Source of the DNA: an uncultured Verrucomicrobiota bacterium
GTDB taxonomy: Bacteria; Verrucomicrobiota; Kiritimatiellia; PWTM01
Length of the DNA stretch: 64,000 nt
Assembly (NCBI GenBank): GCA_964610105.1
Contig: CAZSUU010000006.1
Location: 70,068-134,067, forward strand
Direction of reading: 5' to 3'
Position numbers and translations under genes: made by a program. The notes beneath the pieces were generated by a model that did not search any database, was not told the DNA's origin, and saw only the letters and a program-made list of their open reading frames with translations. Shown here piece after piece: positions 54,995 to 64,000 of this stretch. Each line of letters begins with the position of its first letter. The first letter of the stretch is position 1.

Positions 54995-56260
54995 ATGAAG
55001 TGTCCGATCACCCGCCGCCAGTTCATCGGGACCGCCGCCGGGGCCGCCGCGCTGGCCGCGGCGGTTCCGCGAGCGCAGTCCGCCGCCAGCCGCGCCCGTG
55101 TCTTCGGCGCCAACGATCGCATCCGCGTCGGCGTCATCGGCTGCGGCAGCCGCGGCATCGGCGCGCACATGGGCGGGCTGCAGCCTCACTTCAAGAGCAT
55201 GAACGTGGAGATCGTCGCCGTCTGCGATCCCTGGCGCGTCGCGCGCGAACAGGCGAACGTGAAGGTAAAGGAGTGGTTTGGACGCGATGCGCGGCAGTTC
55301 GCCAGCTACCGCGACCTGCTGGCGCTCGAGGATGTGGACGCCGTGACGATCGCGTCGCCGGACCATCACCACACCACCCACCTCGAGGCCGCCGCCCGGG
55401 CGGGGAAGCACATCTACGTCGAGAAACCGATGGCCACCGAGATGGACAGGCTCGTGCGGGCGGTCGACGCGGTGAAGGCCGCCGGTGTGATCGTGCAGGT
55501 GGGGACGCAGATCCGGAGCCTGCCGACGATGGCCGGGTGCCGCGAGCTGGTGCAATCCGGCGCCCTCGGCAGGATCACGCGGGTCGAGGAATGCCGCAAC
55601 GCGGAGCGGCCCTACTGGTACGGCTACGTGAAGGAGGCGCGCGAGGAGGACGTGGACTGGAAGGAGTTCCTCGGGGATCGCCCCCCGCGCCCCTTCCGCG
55701 CGGATGTCTTCACCGGCTGGTACGGCTTCTATGAGTTCTCGCAGGGGCCGGTGCCGGGGCTCGGCAGTCACTACATCGACCTGGTCCACTACATGACCGG
55801 CGCCACGTGTCCGGACACCTGCGTATGCCTGGGCGGGACGTTCTACTGGAAGGACGAGCACGGCTTTACCGCCCCCGACCAGTGCCAGGCGCTGTGGACC
55901 TATCCGGAGGGCTTCTTCGTCAGCTACTCCACCAACTTCGGCAACGGCGGCGGCAACCTCAAGCGGCTGTACGGCGACCAGGGCACGCTGAAGTTCGACA
56001 ACTGGTCGGCGCCGACCTACAGCGCGGAAGGCGGCCCGAAGCGCGACGGCAGCATCCGCGGCGAGAACCCGGTCAAACCCGTCGAGCGCCCCGATCATTA
56101 CCTCGACTGGCTTCAGTGCATGCGCGAGGGGCGGACGCCCCACGCGTCGATCGACGCAGGCTATCAGCATGCCGTCGCGGTGCTGATGGCGATGAAGTCA
56201 TACGAAACCGGCCGCAAGGTGCGGTACGATGCCGCGCGCCGCCGCATCGAATCGGTCTGA
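54995..56260 (+). CDS. Gfo/Idh/MocA-family oxidoreductase with a TAT signal (second copy)
   Basis: The TAT signal is MKCPITRRQFIGTAAGAAALAAAVPRAQSA. The GxGxxG motif is VIGCGSRG. An AAAGGAAG ribosome-binding site is present. Confidence 0.85.
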   Translation: MKCPITRRQFIGTAAGAAALAAAVPRAQSAASRARVFGANDRIRVGVIGCGSRGIGAHMGGLQPHFKSMNVEIVAVCDPWRVAREQANVKVKEWFGRDARQFASYRDLLALEDVDAVTIASPDHHHTTHLEAAARAGKHIYVEKPMATEMDRLVRAVDAVKAAGVIVQVGTQIRSLPTMAGCRELVQSGALGRITRVEECRNAERPYWYGYVKEAREEDVDWKEFLGDRPPRPFRADVFTGWYGFYEFSQGPVPGLGSHYIDLVHYMTGATCPDTCVCLGGTFYWKDEHGFTAPDQCQALWTYPEGFFVSYSTNFGNGGGNLKRLYGDQGTLKFDNWSAPTYSAEGGPKRDGSIRGENPVKPVERPDHYLDWLQCMREGRTPHASIDAGYQHAVAVLMAMKSYETGRKVRYDAARRRIESV

Positions 56261-56276
56261 GGGGAGAAGAACCGCC

Positions 56277-57164
56277 ATGATCAACCGTCGTGAGTGGCTC
56301 GCCCGGATCACTGTCGCATTCGCCGCGGGCCTGCGGCCGCGGGCGCGGGCCGCGGAGACGGCGCCGCCGGCGTGGCGCGTCGGGATCTTCACGCGCCCAT
56401 GGGACAGGCTGGACTACCGTGCCGCGCTGGACGCGATCGCCGAGGCCGGTTTTCGGCATGTGGGACTGATGACCACGGCGGCGCCGAGGCGGCTTGTCCT
56501 GGCGGCGGAAACCACGCCGGAGGAGGCGGCGGCGGTGGCGGGCGAGGTGCGACAGCGGAAGCTCGGGGTGCTCTCCGTGTACGGCGGGGAATCCTGGCTG
56601 AAGCCGGATGCCGACGCCTCCATCGCCGGGCTGAAACGCCTGATCGACCACTGTGCGGTCTGCGCCTCCGGGAACCTCCTCATGGGGGGCACGGGCAGCG
56701 CGGACCTGTTGCCCGTGTACCTGCGGGCCATCGGGGCATGCGCGGCGTATGCGGCGGAGAAGAAGGTCCATCTCAGCCTCAAGCCCCACGGCGGGTTGAA
56801 TGCCACCGCCGCGCAATGCCGGGCGATGGTGGAGAAGGTCGGGCACCCGAACTTCCGCGTCTGGTACGACCCCGGCAACATCCTCTACTACTCCGACGGC
56901 CAGCTCGACCCGACGCAGGAGGCGGGGGCGCTGGACGGTCTGGTGACCGGCCTCTGCGTGAAGGACTTCCTGCCGCCGAAGAACGTGGCGCTCACCCCCG
57001 GCACGGGCCGCGTGGATTTCCCGGCCGTCCTTGCGCGGCTGCGCCGAGGGGGATTCACGGGAGGACCGCTGGTGATCGAATGCCTCGCGCCGGGCGAACC
57101 GCCCCACCTGCTCGCCGAGGCCCGCAAGGCGAGGGAGTTTGTGTTCGGGCTGGTCCGCGGATAG
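56277..57164 (+). CDS. Sugar phosphate isomerase/epimerase (xylose-isomerase-like TIM barrel) with a TAT signal
   Basis: The TAT signal is MINRREWLARITVAFAAGLRPRARAA. It sits 17 bp after the oxidoreductase stop. TIM-barrel AP-endonuclease-2-like blocks are present. Confidence 0.8.
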   Translation: MINRREWLARITVAFAAGLRPRARAAETAPPAWRVGIFTRPWDRLDYRAALDAIAEAGFRHVGLMTTAAPRRLVLAAETTPEEAAAVAGEVRQRKLGVLSVYGGESWLKPDADASIAGLKRLIDHCAVCASGNLLMGGTGSADLLPVYLRAIGACAAYAAEKKVHLSLKPHGGLNATAAQCRAMVEKVGHPNFRVWYDPGNILYYSDGQLDPTQEAGALDGLVTGLCVKDFLPPKNVALTPGTGRVDFPAVLARLRRGGFTGGPLVIECLAPGEPPHLLAEARKAREFVFGLVRG

Positions 57165-57378
57165 GCGGCCGCTCCGCTTGTGGGCGGCCGACATCGCGAG
57201 CCGCGTGTCCTGTGCCTCCCGCACTCCCCGGCCATCATGGCTGGTTCAACGGCGCGGGCATCCTGCGCGGTCCGCTGGACGATGCGTCGAAGACGGCGAC
57301 GACACACTTGCGGGAGGCGTGGTTGTGTGGTTGATTGGCCAACAGCGGCTCGCAGAAGCAGCCGCGGGGGGATGGCAT

Positions 57379-58017
57379 ATGAAGGCATGGTGGAAAGCGC
57401 CAGCGAGCGTCCTGGTGTTGACGATTGCGGCGATGGCGGCGGACCCGGTGGCGCCGAAGGAGAAGACGGATCTCTTCAACGGCAAGGACTTCTCGGGCTG
57501 GAAGCTTTTCCTGGCCGGGAATGCGGACGTGACCAAGACCTGGTCCGTCGAGAACGGCGTGATCAAGTGCACCGGGAAGCCGGCCGGCTACATGCGGACC
57601 GAGAAGGACTATGCGAACTACAAGCTGACCGTCGAGTGGCGGTTCGTGAAGCCCGGCAATACGGGGGTGCTGGTTCACATGCAGGGCGACGACAAGGTGT
57701 GGCCCAAGAGCATCGAATGTCAGGGCATGCACGGCAACCAGGGCGACTTCTTCGTCATCGAGGGAACCGAGTTCAACGAGCACAAGGGCAAGGACGGCCG
57801 GCGCGTGGCCAAGAACGGCCCGAGCATCGAGAAGCCGGTGGGCGAATGGAACACCTACGAAATCGTCTGCGACGGCGATACCGTGATCCCCTCCGTCAAC
57901 GGCAAGGAGATGAATCGCGCCACCGGCTGCAGCGTGACCAGCGGCAAGATCTGCATTCAGAGCGAGGGAAGCGAAATCGAGATCCGCAAGGTGACGATCG
58001 AGCCCGCGAAGAATTGA
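57379..58017 (+). CDS. DUF1080 (3-keto-disaccharide hydrolase-like) secreted protein
   Basis: The signal peptide is MKAWWKAPASVLVLTIAAMAA. The domain reads LFNGKDFSGWK...IQSEGSEIEIRKVTIE. Confidence 0.8.
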   Translation: MKAWWKAPASVLVLTIAAMAADPVAPKEKTDLFNGKDFSGWKLFLAGNADVTKTWSVENGVIKCTGKPAGYMRTEKDYANYKLTVEWRFVKPGNTGVLVHMQGDDKVWPKSIECQGMHGNQGDFFVIEGTEFNEHKGKDGRRVAKNGPSIEKPVGEWNTYEIVCDGDTVIPSVNGKEMNRATGCSVTSGKICIQSEGSEIEIRKVTIEPAKN

Positions 58018-58119
58018 GGGGCGTCTCGCAAAGTCAGGACGGGCCATCGAAAGAGCGCACGGGACGTTGATTCGCCGATCGCCGGTGGAAGTCGGTTGCC
58101 TTAACGCGTTCGAAGGGAA

Positions 58120-59142
58120 TCACCGGTCCGTCCCCGCCGTCGGAGGGGGAGGCCGTTTCGCGGCGTCTTCCGCCGGATCGACGGCTGTCAGCCTCGCCCG
58201 AAGCGATCCGACCGAAAGCTCGCAGTCGAGCGCCACGGGCATGATGCGGAGCGGCATCGGACCATTCGTGGAGACCCGCCCGAAATGCCCCGCCAAATGC
58301 ATGAGTTCCGCGTAGGGCATGGTCCACGCCGTCAGGTGGCCGCGTCGCGTCTTCGCCTCCGGTGCGGCGGTCACTTCAGCCCGCAGCGCCTTGAGACCGG
58401 GTTGCGGGTAGTGGACGGGGGGCTCATCGGGCATGGTTCGGATCGCGAACGGCCGGTCTTCGCCATCCACGCGCGCGTATACGCGGGGGCTGGTCGCGGG
58501 CTCCAGCATGGGCCGTCGTCCGTCATGGACCTCGTCCAGGAGGTTCAGGAGCGTCATCACCTCCTGTCCGGGCCGTCCCTGCCCGGGGCGGTCGGCGGGC
58601 CGGTTGGTCGATACGCCCGTCAGCAGGTTGGTCCGGAAGTTGACCGGGGGGGTGACGCGGAAGTCGTACACGTCGAACTGAAGCTTGCGGCGGGATTTTC
58701 CCAGCAGGGGGCGGTACGACTCGTCGCTCCACCGCGCGAACAGCAGGGTGCGACGCTCTGCCGTGTCCGTGAGAAGCAGAAGGCGGTCGCGCAACACGGC
58801 TCGCGCATCGGCCCCGGCGGGAGGGCAGATCCGGCAGTCGAACAGAAAGGCCTGCGGTTCGTCTCCACCGCCCGCCGGCCGTCCCTGCCACGCCTCCACG
58901 CGCGCCTCGCCGAGATGAAAGAGCGTCATGCCGAGAAGCCGGTAGACGAGTTCATAGGTCAGCACGACCGGTGGCCTCCCGGCCACGAACTCCGCGCGGA
59001 AGCGATCCATCCAGGCGGGCGCGTCGAAGGGCGCGGCAGGCGGGAAATCCGGCTTCACCACACGGGGGGGCGGTTCGGCGCACCCGAGGCCCGCCCACGC
59101 AAGGACGACCAGGAACCGCCACCGCTGCCGGCCGTGTTTCAT
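58120..59142 (-). CDS. Hypothetical lipoprotein
   Basis: A lipobox is present (MKHGRQRWRFLVVLAWAGLGC). The composition is coding-like. It lies 13 bp downstream of the SGNH hydrolase gene on the same strand. Confidence 0.5.
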   Translation of the reverse strand: MKHGRQRWRFLVVLAWAGLGCAEPPPRVVKPDFPPAAPFDAPAWMDRFRAEFVAGRPPVVLTYELVYRLLGMTLFHLGEARVEAWQGRPAGGGDEPQAFLFDCRICPPAGADARAVLRDRLLLLTDTAERRTLLFARWSDESYRPLLGKSRRKLQFDVYDFRVTPPVNFRTNLLTGVSTNRPADRPGQGRPGQEVMTLLNLLDEVHDGRRPMLEPATSPRVYARVDGEDRPFAIRTMPDEPPVHYPQPGLKALRAEVTAAPEAKTRRGHLTAWTMPYAELMHLAGHFGRVSTNGPMPLRIMPVALDCELSVGSLRARLTAVDPAEDAAKRPPPPTAGTDR

Positions 59143-59155
59143 GTCTGTATCGGCG

Positions 59156-59893
59156 TCACGGGCCGAGAAGCCGGGTCAGTTCGGGCTCCATGGCCTCGGC
59201 CCAGATCTGGTACCCCTTCTTCTGGGGGTGCAACAGGTCGGGCATGATCTCCTTCGAGAGGGCGCCATCCGCCCCGAGCAGCTTGTCATTGACGCTGAGG
59301 AAGAAGACCGTCTTTCCATCGGCGAACTTCGCGAGGCGTTCGTTGGTCCGGTCGTTGTTCACGCGCATGGGGTCGGTCGCCTGGGCGCTGCGCGGGAAGA
59401 TCGCCAGCAGGAGGATCTTCGTCTCCGGCAGTCTCTGCCGCAGTTTCTTCAGGATCGCCTCCATGCCCGCCGCGATGGCTTCCGGGGGGTCGTTCCGGTG
59501 GCCGGTGTTGTTGGTGCCGAGCATGAGCACCAGCGCCTTCGGCTTGAGGCCGTCGACGATCCCCTCGTCGAGCCGCCACAGCACGTGCTCCGTGCGGTCG
59601 CCGCCGATGCCGAGATTGAGCGCCTTGCGCGCGCCGTAGAACTGCGCCCAGACCTCCTTGCCGGCGCCCTCCCAGCCCTGGGTGATCGAGTCGCCGAGGA
59701 ACACGAGATCGTATCCGCCCTGTCGGGCGCGCTGGAGCTGCTGTTCGTGACGTTCCTTCCACCTCGGATCGGTCAGGCGGTGGGCCGGTGTGGTGGCGAG
59801 TTCGACGGCATTCGTGGCGGCCCATGCGGTTCCCGAGAGCACCGAAACGAGGGCGCCGAGCGCCCATTCAACGGCCAACGGCGTACGCACCAT
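59156..59893 (-). CDS. SGNH/GDSL-family hydrolase (esterase/lipase-like), secreted
   Basis: Block I is GDSITQGW, block III is MLGTNN, and block V is DLLHPQKKGYQIWA. The signal peptide is MVRTPLAVEWALGALVSVLSGTAWA. Confidence 0.8.
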   Translation of the reverse strand: MVRTPLAVEWALGALVSVLSGTAWAATNAVELATTPAHRLTDPRWKERHEQQLQRARQGGYDLVFLGDSITQGWEGAGKEVWAQFYGARKALNLGIGGDRTEHVLWRLDEGIVDGLKPKALVLMLGTNNTGHRNDPPEAIAAGMEAILKKLRQRLPETKILLLAIFPRSAQATDPMRVNNDRTNERLAKFADGKTVFFLSVNDKLLGADGALSKEIMPDLLHPQKKGYQIWAEAMEPELTRLLGP

Positions 59894-60008
59894 GATCTGC
59901 CTCCAGTCTTCGCGGTTCACCAGCACTGTGACATGGACGGTGTATCAGATCGAACTCCAACTCCCAAGTCACAAACGCCAAACGGCGACGCCGCGATGCA
60001 GAGACTTC

Positions 60009-60022
60009 TTGACGCTCGTCAA
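60009..60022 (+). promoter_or_regulatory. Perfect palindrome TTGACgctcGTCAA upstream of the cupin gene (class II position), in a divergent region shared with the SGNH gene
   Basis: The centre lies about 29 bp before the TACAAT -10 hexamer (60044-60049). The cupin ATG is at 60094. Confidence 0.5.
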
Positions 60023-60093
60023 GCGCCGCGGCGGGGGCGGGAGTACAATGGGGAAGACACACGGGCGGCGGCGGGCCGCCGGGAGGGGAACGC

Positions 60094-60423
60094 ATGGAAA
60101 CGAGTCAGGACGTCAAAGGGCGGGCGATCGAGCTCGCGGGTTTCATTGACTACGCGCCGGGCGCGGTGGTGAGCAAGACGCTGCTGGACAAGAAGGCGGG
60201 AACGCTGACGCTCTTCTCGTTCGACGCGGGACAGGGCCTCAGCGAGCACACGGCGCCCTTTGACGCGACGGTGCAGGTGCTGGAGGGCGAGGGCGAGTTC
60301 ACGGTTGGCGGCCAGCCGATCGCGGTCCGCGCGGGCGAATTGCTCATCATGCCGGCATCCGTTCCGCATTCCGTTCGCGCCCACCAGCGGTTCAAGATGC
60401 TGCTGATCATGATTCGATCGTGA
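60094..60423 (+). CDS. Cupin-domain small protein
   Basis: A 109-aa ORF with the double-stranded beta-helix motif HTAPFDATVQVLEGEGEFTVGGQPIAVRAGELLIMPASVPHSV. A GGGAGGGG ribosome-binding site is present. Confidence 0.7.
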   Translation: METSQDVKGRAIELAGFIDYAPGAVVSKTLLDKKAGTLTLFSFDAGQGLSEHTAPFDATVQVLEGEGEFTVGGQPIAVRAGELLIMPASVPHSVRAHQRFKMLLIMIRS

Positions 60424-60519
60424 GTTGACACTTGGGACTTGGAGTTTGGGTTCGGTCATGGCCTTGACAGCCTGCGCGCGCTCGTATACCAAGGGGTTCC
60501 AATCCGCCCGGAGGAGTTC

Positions 60520-60975
60520 ATGCGCTGTCCCAAGTGCGGGCATCTGGACGACAAGGTGATCGACAGCCGTGCGGCCCGTAACGGCGCCGCCATCCGCCGT
60601 CGCCGGGTCTGTCTCGGTTGCGGCCACCGGTTCACCACCTACGAAGAGGTCGTGAAGACCAGCCTGCGGGTGATCAAACGCGACGGGCGGCACGAGGACC
60701 TTGACCGCAACAAGCTCCGCAGCGGCATCCTGCGCGCCTGCGAGAAGAGGCCGGTCAGCCTCCAGGAGATCGACACGGTCGTGGACGCGATCATCGGGGA
60801 GATCGAGTCCGAATACGAACGCGAGGTGCCCAGCGTGACGATCGGGAAGAAGGTGATGGAGCGACTGGAGAAGCTCGACGAGGTGGCCTACGTCCGGTTT
60901 GCCTCCGTCTACCGCCGGTTCCGCGACGTCAGCCAGTTTCTCAGCGAGGTGGAGGCGCTGATCGGCCGCGAATGA
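60520..60975 (+). CDS. nrdR: Transcriptional repressor NrdR
   Basis: The zinc ribbon MRCPKCGHLDDKVIDSR...CLGCGHRFTTYE is followed by an ATP-cone domain. A GGAGGAG ribosome-binding site is present. Confidence 0.9.
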   Translation: MRCPKCGHLDDKVIDSRAARNGAAIRRRRVCLGCGHRFTTYEEVVKTSLRVIKRDGRHEDLDRNKLRSGILRACEKRPVSLQEIDTVVDAIIGEIESEYEREVPSVTIGKKVMERLEKLDEVAYVRFASVYRRFRDVSQFLSEVEALIGRE

Positions 60976-61556
60976 GCCCCATCGCCACGAGTCGCTCGGA
61001 GCGCGCCTGGCCGGCGTGGCATGCGCATCTCGTGGAGCGCCTGGAGGCTCCGGGGGATGAGACCCTCGACTACTTGGCGCGAGGGGTGGCGACATGGTGC
61101 GCCCTGCGCGACACCCCCGTCGAGGAGGCGGAGTTGCGGGCCGGGCTGACCCGGGCCCTGGCGGTGGTCGGGCGGACCGATGAGGCGCGGCGGACGGCAC
61201 TGACGGGGGCGATTCACCCGGTGCGCGTCGAGTCGCGCGGGGGCTTGACCCTGTGGTCCGTGCGTGCGGACAGGTTGGCGGATCCGAAGCGGCCGGATTT
61301 CCTGGAAATCGCCTTCCTTCCCGTGCTGCGCATCGCGGTCGAAGAGGCGGCCCGCTGCTCGGTTGCGGAGGGAGGCGTCGGAGTGGGGCTGAGCGGGCTG
61401 GGAGGGGTGGCGCGCCGGATGGCCGGCGCCGGGGCGGGGCGGAAGGCGGTCCGGGCCCGCCTGTCCGAGCTCCGGAACTACTGCGCCTCCGTCCTTTCCA
61501 GGGTCTGGACGGGAGATGTCCGTCCCGAGATCCTCTGGTTGGATACCGCCGCGTAG
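60972..61556 (+). CDS. Hypothetical protein translationally coupled to nrdR
   Basis: It overlaps the nrdR stop by ATGA. The 194-aa ORF has coding-like composition and I recognise no family. Confidence 0.45.
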   Translation: MSPIATSRSERAWPAWHAHLVERLEAPGDETLDYLARGVATWCALRDTPVEEAELRAGLTRALAVVGRTDEARRTALTGAIHPVRVESRGGLTLWSVRADRLADPKRPDFLEIAFLPVLRIAVEEAARCSVAEGGVGVGLSGLGGVARRMAGAGAGRKAVRARLSELRNYCASVLSRVWTGDVRPEILWLDTAA

Positions 61557-61595
61557 ACGCGCGTGCCGCGCCCCGCGGCGGAGAAGGCTCGTGTG

Positions 61596-63821
61596 ATGAC
61601 TGACACCCCTCATCCGGCTGCGGACCGCGCCGAGGCGCTGCTCGGCATGATCGAACGGGTCACGTTCCACAATCCGGAGTCCGGGTTCGCCGTCCTCCGC
61701 GTCAAGGCCCGTGGCCATCGCGATCTGGTTTCGCTCGTCGGCTTCCTGCCCGACGTCAATCCCGGGGAATGGGTCGAAGCGCGGGGACACTGGGAGATCG
61801 ACCGCCAGCATGGGCGCCAGTTCCGGGCCGGCGACATCCGTGTCGCCGAGCCCGATACGCTGGAAGGCATCGAGAAGTATCTCGGGTCCGGCCTGATCCA
61901 CGGCATCGGGCCGCATTTCGCGCGGAAGCTGGTGCAGAAATTCGGTCGCGACGTCTTCGATGTGATCGACCGGCGTTCGGCCCTGCTGCTGAGCGTGGAC
62001 GGCATCGGCGCGACACGCCGCGAGGCCATCCGCGCCGCGTGGGCCGAGCAGAAAACGGTGCGGGAGATCATGTCGTTCCTCATGAGCTGCGGGGTCAGCA
62101 CGGCCCGCGCGCACCGCATCTACCGGGAGTACGGCGAGAAGGCCATCGAGAAGGTCCGCTTGGACCCCTACTGCCTTGCGCGCGACATCCATGGCATCGG
62201 TTTCAAGAGCGCCGATGCCATCGGGGAACGGCTCGGCATTGCGCGCGACTCGGATCTGCGGGCGCGGGCGGGGGTCGAGCATGTCCTGCAGGAGATGACC
62301 GACGAGGGGCACTGCGCCTATCCGCGCGGCGATCTGGGGGCGGCGGCGGAGGAGATGCTGGGCATAGGGCGCGAGATCGTCGAACGGGCGATCGACCACG
62401 GCGTGGGCGAGAAGCGGCTCGTGCTGGTCCCGGGACCGGACGGGGCGCCGCTGGTGTACCTCGCCCCGCTGGAATTCGCGGAGAGGGATCTTGCGCGCAT
62501 CCTGGCGCGGCTGGCGTCGGGTCCCCCGCCGCTGGCCGGGATCGACGTCGAACGCGCGCTTGCCTGGGTCGAGGACCGGATTCGCCTCCAGCTCGACGGC
62601 GGCCAACGCGAGGCGCTGCGCGAGGCGTTGACGCGCAAGGTCCTCGTGCTCACCGGCGGGCCCGGGGTCGGCAAGACCACCCTCGTCAACGCCATCGTCC
62701 GCGTCTACCGCGCCAAGCGACTGCGCGTCAGCCTCTGCGCGCCGACCGGGCGGGCGGCCAAGCGCCTTTCCGAAAGCGCCGGAATCCCGGCCAAGACCAT
62801 CCACCGGCTGCTTGTCTTCGACCCCGTCACCCACGGGTTCCGTCACGATGCCGCGAACCGCCTGGACACGGATCTGCTGGTGGTCGACGAGGCCAGCATG
62901 CTCGATGTCATGTTGGCCTGGCAGCTGGCGCGCGCGATCCCGGCGCACGCGGCCGTGGTGTTCGTCGGCGACGCCGATCAGCTCCCGCCCGTCGGCCCCG
63001 GCCACGTCCTGCGCGATCTGATCGAGTCCGAGGTGATGCCGGTGTGCCGTCTGAAGCACATCTTCCGGCAGGCGGCGCAGAGCCGGATCGTCGTCAATGC
63101 CCACCGCATCAACGAGGGCGGCATGCCGGAATGCGCCGAGACGACGGACGGGGCGCCGCCCCCGCCGTCGGACTTCTACTTCGTGAACGGCGACGACCCG
63201 TCGCGGGCGGTGCAACAGATCCTGCGCCTGATTCGCGAGGCGGTGCCCCGCCGTTTCCGCTTCGATCCGTTCGAGGACATCCAGGTGCTCAGCCCGATGC
63301 AGCGCGGCGAGCTGGGGGCGCGGAACCTGAACCAGGCGCTGCAGGCGGCGCTGAATCCCGTCGGCGCCTCGGTCGAGAAGTACGGGGTGGTGTTCCGGGT
63401 CGGCGACAAGGTGATGCAGGTCGAGAACAACTACAACAAGGATGTCTTCAACGGCGATATCGGCCGGGTCGCAGGCGTGGACGACGTCAATCGGGTGGTG
63501 AACGTGCGTTTCGATGACCGGCTCGTACCGTACGGTTACCCGGAACTTGACGAGCTGGCGCCCGCCTACGCGATCACGATACACAAGAGCCAGGGCAGCG
63601 AGTACCCCTGCGTGATCGTGCCCGTTCACACGCAGCACTACGTCATGCTCCAGCGCAACCTGCTCTACACGGCGGTCACGCGCGGCCGGAAGCTGGTGGT
63701 GCTGGTCGGTTCGAAGAAGGCCGTGGCCATCGCCGTCCACCGGGCCGAATCCGGCCGGAGGGTGACGCTGCTGAGGGAGCGCCTGCGGGCGGCGGCCGGC
63801 GGGCATGCCCCCGAGTCCTGA
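61596..63821 (+). CDS. recD2: RecD2-type ATP-dependent SF1 DNA helicase (RecD-like)
   Basis: An N-terminal OB/HhH region is present (GHWEIDRQHGRQF...GIGPHFARKLV). The Walker A motif is LTGGPGVGKTT. The C-terminal SH3/UvrD-like blocks are ITIHKSQGSEYPCVIV. A GGAGAAGG ribosome-binding site is present. Confidence 0.85.
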   Translation: MTDTPHPAADRAEALLGMIERVTFHNPESGFAVLRVKARGHRDLVSLVGFLPDVNPGEWVEARGHWEIDRQHGRQFRAGDIRVAEPDTLEGIEKYLGSGLIHGIGPHFARKLVQKFGRDVFDVIDRRSALLLSVDGIGATRREAIRAAWAEQKTVREIMSFLMSCGVSTARAHRIYREYGEKAIEKVRLDPYCLARDIHGIGFKSADAIGERLGIARDSDLRARAGVEHVLQEMTDEGHCAYPRGDLGAAAEEMLGIGREIVERAIDHGVGEKRLVLVPGPDGAPLVYLAPLEFAERDLARILARLASGPPPLAGIDVERALAWVEDRIRLQLDGGQREALREALTRKVLVLTGGPGVGKTTLVNAIVRVYRAKRLRVSLCAPTGRAAKRLSESAGIPAKTIHRLLVFDPVTHGFRHDAANRLDTDLLVVDEASMLDVMLAWQLARAIPAHAAVVFVGDADQLPPVGPGHVLRDLIESEVMPVCRLKHIFRQAAQSRIVVNAHRINEGGMPECAETTDGAPPPPSDFYFVNGDDPSRAVQQILRLIREAVPRRFRFDPFEDIQVLSPMQRGELGARNLNQALQAALNPVGASVEKYGVVFRVGDKVMQVENNYNKDVFNGDIGRVAGVDDVNRVVNVRFDDRLVPYGYPELDELAPAYAITIHKSQGSEYPCVIVPVHTQHYVMLQRNLLYTAVTRGRKLVVLVGSKKAVAIAVHRAESGRRVTLLRERLRAAAGGHAPES

Positions 63822-64000
63822 GGCCCTCTTCGCGTGCCGGGCGCACCTGGGCGCCCGCGCCCCTTTCCGCTTGCGCAGTGTTCAGTTTGTTCATACTTTG
63901 GTGAACATTTCTGGGCCACCGCCGCAACGACGGTGTGAACGGCATGAGAAGCGCACTCATCCAGCACATGGCGGGCGGCGCGGGAAGCGCCGGAGCGGCC

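Noticed and set aside
1-64000. Search for CRISPR arrays, tRNA/rRNA genes, and transposase or integrase genes
   Set aside because: I saw no regularly spaced repeat-spacer arrays, no T-loop-like GGTTCGAATCC motifs in intergenic regions, and no transposase or integrase-like ORFs. The only signs of mobility are compositional (the low-GC ATPase island) and degenerative (the PIN remnant).

Overview
This is a high-GC (roughly 68-70%) bacterial segment packed with secreted, TAT- and lipoprotein-signalled carbohydrate-active proteins, and it also carries two PEP-CTERM proteins and TAT-exported Gfo/Idh/MocA oxidoreductases. That gene content, and the GC content, suggest a member of the Planctomycetes-Verrucomicrobia-Chlamydiae (PVC) superphylum, possibly a verrucomicrobial or kiritimatiellal relative. 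The window is mostly a polysaccharide-utilisation region (GH2, GH43, a GH28-like enzyme, a rhamnosidase-like enzyme, a sulfatase, a CE15-like esterase, a sialidase-like protein with Asp-box repeats, several right-handed beta-helix proteins, xylose isomerase and an XylR-like regulator) with housekeeping genes interleaved (priA, hcp, nrdR, recD2). I found no rRNA, tRNA, CRISPR array or transposase. The most interesting signals are regulatory. (1) A near-perfect TTGAC-N4-GTCAA palindrome, typical of CRP/FNR-family regulators, sits at class-II promoter geometry upstream of hcp, a ferredoxin-like gene and a cupin gene, which suggests an HcpR-like regulon. (2) A conserved 22-55 nt intergenic element with sigma54-like -24/-12 spacing occurs three times, upstream of GH2, the first PEP-CTERM gene and xylA. 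Other points of note are a secreted multi-lectin protein (LamG, EPN-type C-type lectin and two PA14 domains), a giant LamG/beta-propeller/phosphoesterase fusion, tandem paralogous PEP-CTERM proteins with their own promoters, a low-GC island carrying an AAA(DUF4143) ATPase, an SPFH gene followed by an Arc-like ribbon-helix-helix gene and a CAP-domain gene, toxin-antitoxin remnants, and two apparent frameshifts or split genes. Many long antisense ORFs in the track are high-GC artefacts.
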